Source of the DNA: Kiritimatiellia bacterium
Lineage (GTDB): Bacteria > Verrucomicrobiota > Kiritimatiellia > B70-G9
DNA length: 64,000 nucleotides
Direction of reading: 5' to 3'
Assembly: GCA_029934055.1 (NCBI GenBank)
Contig: JAOZMZ010000002.1
Span: forward strand, 14,489-78,488
This document shows, in pieces, positions 8,710 through 20,700 of this stretch. Position 1 is the stretch's first letter. Each line of letters opens with the position of its first letter. Below the pieces are notes generated by a model, which saw only the letters and a program-made list of their open reading frames with translations, ran no database searches and was not told the origin of the DNA. The position numbers and the translations under genes are program-made.

Positions 8710-11700
8710 GTGAAATCGATGGTGGCCGGTTGTTGGGCGTTTCTAGCATTCTGGGGTTCAGCCACGGCGCTTTTCGGAGCCCTGCCGGACAATCCATCCG
8801 GCAATCCAAATCCAGCCGTGCCCGACTATGTACTTACCGTCAGCAGCAGCAACCTCTATAGTCTCCATGCCGCCGGCGCCCCGGTGCAGGCAATTCTGCG
8901 CGACATCGCCCGCGCATCAGGGATAAAAATCCATGTCGCCCCCGACCTCAACACCAAGATAAACGCCGACCTGCGCGACTTGCCCCTGGACAAGCTCCTC
9001 GCTCAACTGGCCGAAAGCCATGCCTTTGTCTACGTCTCTGAAGAAGACGGCATCCATCTGGTCGGCGCCCAAGTAACCTCGCGCAGCAACGAGAAACACT
9101 TATCGCAGGTCGCCACAGTACAGACCGGCAAGACCAAAGCGCGCAGAACAACTTTCATCACCAACTCGGATTCCGATCCGGCACAGCTCCTGCGCGATCC
9201 CGACACCCTCCTGCTGCGAAACGCCTTCATCGATACGCGCGCCGCCGTCGAGGAAGGCGTGCGCCTGTCTGTGCCGCCGGATCTGTCGGCAGCGGAAAAC
9301 AACCCTTACTTTCTCGTGCAGTTCGATCATCCCGTCGGCTCCGCCGATCGTGAACTTCTCAGCGGTGTCGGAGCCGAAGTTCTAAACTATGTTCCCCATC
9401 GCGCCTATCTGGTCCGCATCGCCCCGCAACTTCGCAGCCGGCTCGCCGAAGTACAGGGCGTTCGTTACGTTACCCCCTACCATCCATACTTCAAACTCGC
9501 CCCGCCGCTCCTCGCGTCTCTCATAGGGGTCCCCGACCAGGCCGCCACGGCACAGGTCCGCCGCGGCAAGTTCAACGTGATGATATTTCCGGGGGCTCCC
9601 GATTGGAAAAAGGAACTATCTGCCATCGGCGTCTCTGTGGGCACGGTGGTAACGGCCGGCGGCCGTACGTTCGCCACCGTCCACTGTCCGCCGGAAAAAA
9701 TCCGCGCCCTGGCCGGATGCGCCGCCGTGCAGTGGATCGAACCCTTCGCGCCGCCGACCCTTCTCAACGATATAGGCAACAGGTACACCCACGCCACCCG
9801 CCTGCGTCTCTCTCATCCTTCGCTCGACGGACAGGGCGTCATCATCGGCGTGATGGACACGGGCATTGATTTCAATCACCGGACCTTCGCCGAGGATCCC
9901 TCCCTCCCCACCACGACGGGTCAAAACACCCGCATAGTATATTACGAAACGCGTCCCAATCCCGAAAGCGACGGCATCCCCGGCGACAATGTCGGCCACG
10001 GCACCCATGTCTCGGGCACGATTCTCGGGAATGGAGCCTTGTCGGAAACGGTCGTCAAAGCCCCGGGGTCCGGGGCCGGCCCCTACGCAACCAATGCCTT
10101 CGCCGGAGTGGCCCCCGCCGCGCGACTCGTCATGCTCGAAGGATTCGCCGTCGAGGGATACGGCTACACGGCCACCGAGGCCGCCGAACTAGAATATTCC
10201 CATGGCGCACGTATTTCCGCGAATAGTTGGGGTAATCCCGAGCTTTTCGAATACGGTACGGAAAGTGCCGTGTGGGACGCACTGGTGCGCGATGCCGATA
10301 CCAACAGTTCCGGAAACCAGCAGCTCATCGTATTCTTCGCCGCCGGCAACGACAGCTACGGCAACGTGGATGGAACCGGAGGAACCGCCTCGCGGATCCG
10401 CGAACAGGCGGCCGCCAAGAACGTCATCTCGGTCGGCGCTCTGGAAACCCCCCGCTACGCAACCAACCTGCCGGAATATGCCTCGCTGTGGGAGTCCGAC
10501 TCCGACTGGCAGGTGGCCTGGTTCAGCTCCCGCGGTCCCGTCTCTTCAACCGACCTGCGCGTCAAGCCCGACATCGTCGCCCCCGGATCATTCATTCTTT
10601 CGGCCCAGTCGAAGGATACCAACCCCGATGAAGTCGAAAATCCGCCCCTGCCGAACCGCGACTATCGGCACGGCAACGTGGATTCGGGAACCAATTACGC
10701 TTTCATGAGCGGCACCTCCATGGCCACCCCCATCGCCGCCGGCGCCGGCGCTCTGGTCTACCAGTATTATACCAACACTTATGAAACCACCCCCAGCCCG
10801 GCCATGATGAAAGCCATCCTCGTCAATGGCGCACGCATGGTCAACCGGGTGCTCTATTCCTATCCCGCTTACGGCACCGCGTCCACCAACATCGCCCAAG
10901 GCTGGGGCATGGTGGACGTCTCCCGCGCCGTGGACGGCCCCGGATTGCATGACTCCGACGACGTGGTATGGCTCGACGAAGATCAGACCGCCACGCTCCA
11001 GACGGGCGAAGAATATTCCTACCAGTACTCCGTGGCCGAGGGCGAAGGCGGACTCAAAATCACTCTGGCATGGACCGACGACCCCGGAACACCCGGAAAC
11101 GCCGTCCAGCTCGTCAACGACCTCGATCTGATCGTTATCGCCCCCGATGGGCGCGGTTATGTCGGCAACTACTTCGACTCCGACGGCTGGTCCTCCGCCA
11201 TTGTCGCCGATCCCACCAACAGCGTCTACGGCGATCGCTACAACAACGTCGAGCAGGTCGTGATACCGGAGCCGGACGCCGGAACCTATTATATCCGCGT
11301 CATCGGCCATGAAGTCCCCGGATCCGGCCAGAATTTCGCCTTGGCTATCATGAAAGGAATCTCGCCGGTCCCCGCCCATACTCAGGGCGGCCACCCGGCC
11401 ATGGTCCTCGACAGCAACCAGTATCCGATCGTCGCCTGGTCAGGCGACGACGGCGGCGGCCATGATCAGATCTTCGTGAAGCGCTGGCAGGGAGCCACCG
11501 GCGACCAATCCGATATCGGGCACTGGAAACGCCTCGACGAACGCTGGACCGACATGAATGACTCCGCCAGGATCACAGGAATAAGCAAGACCCTCGAAGA
11601 TTCCGAAGACCCCTGTATCGCTGTCTACGGCGAGCTGATCTACGTCGCCTGGAAAGAAGAAGCTCCCCTTTCGGGACCTGCCCATATTCACCTGCGCTGC

Positions 11701-14700
11701 TGGAACGGGACCAACTGGATAGAATTGGGCCAGTCCGCCCACGACACCGGACTCAGCGGCGAAAATTCCTACAGTGCCTCCGATCCATCCATCTCCCTGA
11801 CCTCCAACGGTCTGCCGATAGTTGCCTGGAGACAGCCCGTCCTCAACGGTACCGAGTACAACGAGCAGATCCGTGTCGTCCGCTGGGACGGCACCAACTG
11901 GCTGGGCTATGCCGGTTCGGATTCGAACGGCATTCCGGGAACCGGACAGTCGACAATTACGCCTACGATGATCAGCGACGCCGCCGGCCGCCCCGTCATC
12001 GCCTGGTACGGCCTGCCCTCCGGCGGCGGCAGCCCGGGCATACACGTCTATCGCTGGGATGGAAGCGCATGGGTGAGCATCGGGAGCCCCGTCTCGGCAA
12101 CCGGCGTCCAGGAACCCTCCCTGGCCCTCGCCCCCAACGGGGATATCTATCTGACGTGGGTCCAGTTCGGCTCCGGAATCGACGAACCCAACACCCAGAT
12201 CTACGCGGCCCACTATTCAGGGGGGGGCTGGCATGAATTCGGCGGATCAATGACCTACCCCGGCATCAGCTCCTCAAGCAATACCGTCACCGATCCCGCC
12301 GGCCCGGCCATCTCCATCGCCCCCGACGGCACGGTCTATGTAGCCTGGCAGGCCGGCAATAACGATCCGAATTCGCTTTTCCTGAAAAAATACTCCGGCG
12401 GCGCATGGGTCGGTATACTTCAGAGCGATGAACCCCCCGGGATCGCCCGCAGTGGCGGAATCGCCACGAACACCGTCCTCTTGGCGGACGGCTACGGCCT
12501 GCCGGTGGTCTCGTATTCGGCCATCGTCAGCGGGGACAAACAAATCTTCACCTACCGCCTGGTCACCGATGAGCTTCCCCCGGCCTTCACGGGGCTGAAG
12601 GACGCCGCCGGAGGCACCAACAGCAATGTGTCTCTTTCCTGGGATCAGGCCGTGGATACCTCCACCACCATCTACTATCACATCTATCAAAGCACAAACT
12701 TCTGGCTCTGCGGGCAACAGCCCTCCTGTGACGCCGATGACGTTTTCAATCACGAAATCGCCGTTGTCACCAATACCACCTCCTACGAAGTCACCGGTCT
12801 GCAAAACGACCGGCTGTGGTGCTTCGGCGTGCGCGCCGAAGACACCAACGGCCTCCTCGACGCCAACACCGTCATGCACTCCGCCGGACCAATCGCCGGC
12901 GGCGGCGATACCGATGGTGACTGCCTCGAAAATTCGCTCGAATTCGCCGCCGGTACCGAGCCCTGCCTGCAGGATACCGACGGAGACGGAATGTGGGACG
13001 GCTGGGAATGGACCTATTCCACCAACAACCCTGCACATACCAACACCTTCTCCCTGGATCCCCTCGACAACGGCAACGACCGCGTCCGCACCGCCGAACC
13101 CGATGACGGCGACCCCGACCAGCTCCCGGATGCCGACCTCGACAACGACGGCGCTTCCACCCTTGAGGAATTCGAGTGGTGGTACACCAATACATACCTG
13201 AGCACCGGCTGCGACGCCACCGGACCCACCAACCGCAGCGGCCCCGACCCCACCAACCCCGACAGCGACGGCGACGGCATGAACGACGGCTGGGAAATTT
13301 TCAACGACCTCAATCCGGGGGATCCTTCCGACGGCGCCGTTGACGCCGACGGAGACGGTGTCGCCAACAGTAATGAGTTCGCCTACGGCATCGACCCCAC
13401 CAACCCCGACAGCGATTCCGACGGCATAACCGATGGAGACGAAATTCAAACCTATGGAACCGACCCGTCTCTGCCGGATACCGACCGCGACGGGCTCGAT
13501 GACGGGTTTGAACTCCAGATAGGCTCCGATCCTCTCGACGCCGACAGCAACGACAGCGGCGTGAGTGACGGTGATACTTTCCAACTCGGCTGGGACGATC
13601 CTACCCTGCCGATCACCAACTTCAACCTGCTCCTCTCCGAAAACTTTGAACCCTCGTCACCCACCCGCAACCAGTGGACTCACTACTGGACCGACGGGAA
13701 TTATCCCTACGACTTCTGGCATTTTTCCACCGCCGAGCCCGCCCCGAAAACAAACACGGTCGTCTACATCACGGATCACTCCACCAGCACGGTCTACCGC
13801 ATGGCCGCCGACCCCAGCGGCACCAACGTGGATGCGACTTACAGTACCGGCAGCATCGTTCAATGCGCCCTTGAGAGTCCCGCCATCGACGCTTCCGCAG
13901 TTGAAAACCTGTTCGTCTCCTGGAACGAATTCTACGCCACCGAACCGCAATGGGATATCATGGAACTCCAGGCCCGTGCCGGAAGCGACAGTAACTGGTT
14001 CGTCGTCAGCGATACACGCTCGGGCTTCAGCTATGGATGGACCAATCGCGTTGCGGACCTCACCCGCTTCGCCGGCATGACCAATGTCCATCTGCGTTTC
14101 TTCTTCGCCGCCCAAAACTCTAACAACAACGCCTACGCCGGCTGGTTCGTCGACGACGTGCGCGTTTACGAAGGTGTAACCATCACCGGCTGGGTGCGCG
14201 ATATCAACGGGCGCCCGATCGCCGGCGCTGAAGTCATGGCCATCGGCCGCGGACAGGTGACCAATGCCGTCCACGGACATCGCTACGTCCTGCCCGGTAA
14301 AGTGTTCGGCACACGTACCACCACCGCTGACGGTTCTTACCAAATCGCCGGCCTGCCCCAGGGGCACTATTACGTCAAGGCGTCTCAAGCCGGCTATGTG
14401 GATGAATTCTACAATGGCCCGCTCTTCTCCGGCCAGTACGGCTTCGGAAACCTGCTCAATCCCGGCGTCCCCGACAGGGATCAGGTCACCTCCGCGGGCT
14501 GGGTCAACCTTACCGGCACCGGCCAGCGCGTTGAGTGTGATTTCGAGCTCGAAAAAGGCAGCGGCCGCGGCTACCTGGGAGTGATGCTCGCCAACGGTGC
14601 CGGATCCTCCTACGAAGTGTTCCTCAACGGCCTCTCGGTAGAAATCTGGAACGGCGTCACCAATTCCGATACGAACGCCCCGCCGGTGGCCGACCTCGAA

Positions 14701-17700
14701 CCCTACCGATCATCTACCAATACGACGCTCTGGAATAACCATCCCGACTGGATCACCAACCCGGTCGAGCCCCTCCTCATCGCCGACATCGCCCCCGGCA
14801 GTCACCTGGTGAGCGCCGGAACGAATCTGACGCTCTATCCCCCGGCCGAAGTGCTCGTACGCGAGGGAGAAATAAGCCTGGTGAACATCTTCACCAACCA
14901 GGGCGAAGGCCGTCTCTACGTCACCGCCGATGACGACGGCGCCTATCCCGTCTGGCTGGACGGACGCGATACCGGAGAGCTGACCCCGGTCCTGCTGGCC
15001 GTTAAAGCCGGAGAGCACACCATATGCATTATTCCCACCAATTCACTTCGCGTCGCCCCCCAAACCGCCGATGTACCGCTCGGCGTCCGCGTAAAGGTCG
15101 CCTTTTCCACCAACGATATCAGCGGCAACCCCGGTTCTCTCTTGATTCAGACCGTCGACGTCAACGGCAATGCCGTCACCGGCGCCGCGGTCTACGTCGA
15201 TGAACGCCGCGTCGAGCCCGATGAGGTCTCCCAGGGATACACCAACCTGACCCCCACGATCGTCAACAACCTTCTGCCCGGCAGTCACCTCGTGACCGTC
15301 TCCAAGGACGGTTACGCCGCCGCCGAACTGCGCCCCATCGCCATCGGTCAAGGTATCCAAAGCGAGATCACCTTCGTCCTGCATGAAGCCGATAGCGACT
15401 ACGACGGCGTGGGCGACTGGACGGAAATCAGCGGCTACACCAACCGCTTCCTCTACGCCCGGGACGACGACCCCGATAACGACGGGCTCAACAACCTCTT
15501 CGAGTTCGACCAGTACCGCCTCTTCGATGTGCGCCTCAATATCTTCAACGCCGACAGCGACGGCGACGGCATGCCCGACGGCGATGAGCTCGGCTACGAC
15601 GGCATCACCAACCGCCTCGCCCTTTCCAGCCTGAGCACCAACGCCGTCCAGGGCACGGATACCGTCCGGGCATATTTCGTCGGCCGCTACCTCGAAGGTA
15701 TCGACAACTTCGGTCAGGACCATGTCAACCCGGCCGTCGAGTGCGACCGCTTCGAGGCCAGCACGGTCTCTCATCCGATGATCCCCGTCCCCGCCGTCGA
15801 TCCCGCGCTTACCGTCTTCGGAGGAATACCGCCCACGGTCTCCGAACGCGCCGTGGACGTGGGCCATAATCCGGGCGCCGTACTCCTCGCCGATGCCCTT
15901 CCCGACCAGCAGGATACCGACGGCGATACACTCTGGGACGGCTTCGAGTTCCAGTTCGGCCGCGATACCGTCGCCGGCCTTGATCCCACGGAATGTTCCG
16001 ACCCCAACGCCGACCCGGACTACGACGGCGCCTCCAACTACCGTGAATTCCTCGGCGCCGACGGCCTGGCCAATACGAACGACTGGTCGGATCCCACCAA
16101 CCCCGACAGCGATGGCGACGGCATGCCCGATGGATGGGAATACGACCACTCTCTCGATCCGACCGATCCCTCCGACGCCGCCGAGGATTCCGATTCCGAC
16201 GGCCTGGCCAACAGCAATGAGTACGTTCATGGCACCAATCCTCAACTCCCCGACACCGATAAAGACTACCTGCCCGACGGCCCGGAAGTGTTGCAGTACC
16301 AATCCAACCCGCTCAAAACCGACACCGACGGAGACCACCTCATTGACGGACGCGAGGTTTGGGATTGGAACACCAACGGCGTCTTCGACGGGGGCTTCTT
16401 CCACTTCCCAAGCAACCACATCCCCGGTGACCTGGACGGCGACGGCATGCTCGACGGTCCGTCCGACTGGGATACCGACGGCGACGGTATGCCCGACGGT
16501 TTCGAAGTCATTGACGCCTTCGGCAACGTCCGCAGCCCGGCCCTGGATCCCTACAACCCCAACGACGGTGACGAAGACTACGATGGCGACGGGCTTAATA
16601 ACCTTGAAGAATATCTCGTGTGGAACGCACAATACGGCAATCCGCCCGGATCCTTCGATACCAACTACGGATATGTCGTCTGGGATTACTCCACCGACCC
16701 GTTCAACCCCGACAGCGACGGCGACGGCATGCCCGATGGTTGGGAAGTCATCTACGGCCTCCATCCCATGGATCCCATCCCCGTGGACGGCGTCCTCCAG
16801 GTCCGCTATCCCGAGCTCGGCGCCGATGGTGATGTTGATCATGACGGACTCTTCAACGAACGTGAATATTCGGTGCGCTTCCTGATCAATCCCGGCGCCG
16901 ACAGCAATTCGATCACCGAGGCCAGTACCAGTCCCTGGAATCCCGACAGTGACGGCGACGGGCTCGGCGACGGCGAAGAAGACCGTTCCTTCCGCTGCAG
17001 CCCCGTCGTCCAGGACACCGACCGCGATGGACTCACCGACGGTGTATCGCTTACCGGTCACTGGGCCGAAGTTGAATCCGCCCCGCGCCTGGCGAACGGC
17101 GCCATGAGCGTCAGCAATCACTACGACCGTGCGCTGAACGACCTCTGGCGACTCGTCTGGCCTAAGTTCCAGGATCTGCCCAACTGGGAACAGGTGACGC
17201 CCAACACAAACAACCCCCTGCCGGAACCCCGCTGGGGCCCCGCCGCTACCTATATTCCGGTTTTCGAAATAAAAACCCGGGAAATAGACAGCGGTCTCAA
17301 GACGACGAATACCGTGCTGCTTGATAACCGCCAGATCGTGATCATCGGCGGGCGCGACGGCGTGGAACGGTTCACCAATATTTGGGAATTCGTCATCCGC
17401 TCGAATTCATGGGTGCTCAGTGATGCCACCCTCGACGACATAGGCCTCTCCGAAGGTCTCAGCGAGGTCAGCGCTGTCACCCTGCTGGGATATTTCAACA
17501 CCCGTGCCGACCAGTGCCCGTGCGATAATCAACCCTATTACTGCGATGGCACCTCTTTCGGCCTTCCCAAGAACCGTCCCTGGGACAACGGCTACGGCCG
17601 TTCCAGCTTCGACTGGACCTATATCCTCGGCGGCTGGGACGAAATCCACAACTATTACCAGCCCGTCCCCATGCCGTCCTACTACTACAAATCCACCGAC

Positions 17701-20700
17701 GACCAGGACCCGATCACCGAAGAGGATCCGGTCGGCGCCGAAGGGTACAACAGCGGGCCGGTTTCCGACGAAAGCCTCATACAAATCGGAACACTTACCG
17801 AAGGACAGCAGGCGAGCAACGAGTGGGCCGTCGGCGCCGAGGGCATCAACGACGGTGCTGTAACCAACGTTACACGCGTAGCGATCGGCTCCGGTGCCAC
17901 CAACGGTCTCTTCTTCGACGGTCTCAATATCCCCGCCGGCTCCACCATCATCTCCGCTAACATGGACTTGAACATCACCGCCTACGGCGCCTCTACCAAC
18001 AACCTGCACATCGTCGGCGAATTGCTTTCCAATGGTCAATCCGATAACGACTACACCAACGATCCACCCAGCTATCGCCGCGTCTTCAGCGCATTCATCA
18101 GCTCGACCCAGGATTTCACCATCTCGGCGGCCGACCTCAGCGCCTTCAAAACCAACATCGACATCACCGCGATCGTCACCGAAATGGTGGCCCGGCCGGA
18201 CTGGGCAGCCCAAAGCGCCGGCTTCCTGATCTATGGAGAAACGCTGGGCGCCTCGAACGAACTACGGGTCGGAGAATCGGTCTTGCACGTAGTCTATCGC
18301 CAGCCGGCGGCGGAATATGACTACAACGGCTTCTTCTTCGATGACGTCTACTTGCGCACGAACTGCGAGGATATCCTTTCCGCTGAACTTGTTCTCGACC
18401 TGACCTCCACCGGCATCTCGTCCAACGACCTGCACCTGCGCGGCGAATTGTGGCTCGACGGCAAGTCTTCCGTAGACTACACCGGCATCCCCGTCACAAA
18501 CCGCTTGACGATGTCTCAGTTCCTGAGTTCCGAACTCCAGTTCACCGTCGTGGTCACCGGCTACACCGTCGTGGCCCTCGACGTCACTCCCATCATCGCC
18601 GAAATGCTCGCACAGGATAACTGGGCGGCCGAAAGCGCCGGCTTCATCCTCTGGGGGGACACTCACGGATCCACCCTCTATGAATATGCCGGCAAAACAA
18701 CCCTGCGCGTCACCTATCGGCCGGGCTACAAGAAGAAAGCCTACTGGACCAGCGGTACCCACGTCCAGATATCCGGAGAAATGCCCGGCGTTCGCAAGTC
18801 CGTCGTCCAGGTCTACGATTACAAGCGCGACCGGATAGTGGCCTTCGGAGGAATCGGAGGGCGTACCGTCTACGCCGACACCTACGAAGGAACTCCCGTC
18901 TGGAACGATCTGGACGGAGAAGTGGTCTATGCCGACCCGCAATCAATCGGCGATCCCCACATGATACTTTGGACCAAGATCATTCCCGCCCACAGTCCGC
19001 CGGCACGCTGGGGACACTGTATGGTCTACGACCCGGTCGACGAATGCGTCCTCCTGTTCGGCGGTTTCGACGCCGACAACCGCCCGCTCAATGATCTCTG
19101 GAAATACAAAGACGGCGACTGGAGTCATATCACGGTCTTCGAGGATTCCCAGGTGCCGCCCCCGCGCGGTGGAGCCTCGATGATTTACTTCGGCGCCTTC
19201 ATGTACGATCGCGGTTACGCCGACTATTGCCTCTCTTGCGATCACCAAGCCCCGGTCCTCTTCGGAGGTACGGACGGGTCCCACTACTTCAACGACACGT
19301 GGGTCTATGACTTCGAGTCCGCACGCTGGATCATGGTCAACCCCGACGGCGAACAATCTCAGGGGCCCCAACCTCGCGCCTTCGCGGTATTCGTCTTCGC
19401 CCAAAACGCCGGCTGGTCGCCGGATCCCGAAGGCACCGCAACCTACGAGGATCTCGACCCCGCCGACCGTTGCGCAACACCCGCAGCCTATCTCTTCGGC
19501 GGCCGTTGCGGCACGCTGCCGACGTCCGCCGATACGGACTACGATTACGTCAGCGATGGAGAAGAACACGCCATCGGCGGCCCGGCCGCCGGGCACGACC
19601 CGCGCGTCAATGCCCTGATCCCCAACACCGATACCAACGAAAGTCTGCCGTTCTGCTTCCTCCAAATCGGTTCTCTCGTGGCCGATACCGGCAGCCGCGG
19701 CACCATCGCCAACCTGGAAGCCCTCTCCTATGAGGAAGGGGATGACTCCGGTGACTACGCTCCCGCCTTTGATCTTCCCTTCCAGGGATACCCACTACAG
19801 CCCAACAGCAATACCAATATCTTCGATTCGGGCGTAGACGCACGACTCCCTCAGTTTACAAACCTGTGGTACCACCGTGACGGCGGCGACGACCCCTTCG
19901 GCCCCGGCAACGCCTGGGAACTCGGCATCCCCAACCCGGACGCCGTGGGCACCGACGCCGCCCCCGATCACGCCCACAGCGGACGCTGGTGCTTCGGAAC
20001 CGACCTCGACGGGCGTTACCCGGACGATGCTATCTGTGAACTGTATTCCCCGCTTTTCAGCCTCACCCTGCCGCCCGCCGCCGCCACTTGCTCCAATAAC
20101 CCGAACAGCTTCTTCCTCGTCTTCTATGAATGGCTCGACCTCCACGACACCAACGATGCCGTGCGCCTCGACGTCATCTGTCCGCGCACCCCCGCCGACA
20201 TCCTCACTCGATCCGGCACCAACGTGGTCAACATACTCTCCGACCGCAACAGCAATTATAATACTGACGGCGCCTGGCGCCGCGTCGTCGTCTCCCTCGA
20301 TCCGGTTGCCAACGAAAGCAATCTGTACCTCCGCTTCACCCTGCAATCCGACAATGACGGGAATGCCGGTGGATGGTACATAGACGACATCAGCATTCTT
20401 CAGGGCGCGGAAATCAGCGGCATTCTCTCCAACTCCAGCGCGCCCTTCGCCTACGGCGATGTGGCGGTATTCGGCGGAGATAACTTGGCCGGAGCCATGG
20501 ACGTCACCAAGACCGACGCCAACGGCTACTTCGAATTCGGCCTTCTGCCCCTCGGCGTCTATCGCGTCGCCACCGTCGGCACCCTTTTCGATCCCATCGC
20601 GATGAGCAGCACCGGCTGGAATTACACCCTCGGCACGTCCAGTATTCCGCCCCTCGTGGTCAGCACGGTCACCCCCGGCAGCCCGACGGCTATCGCCTGG

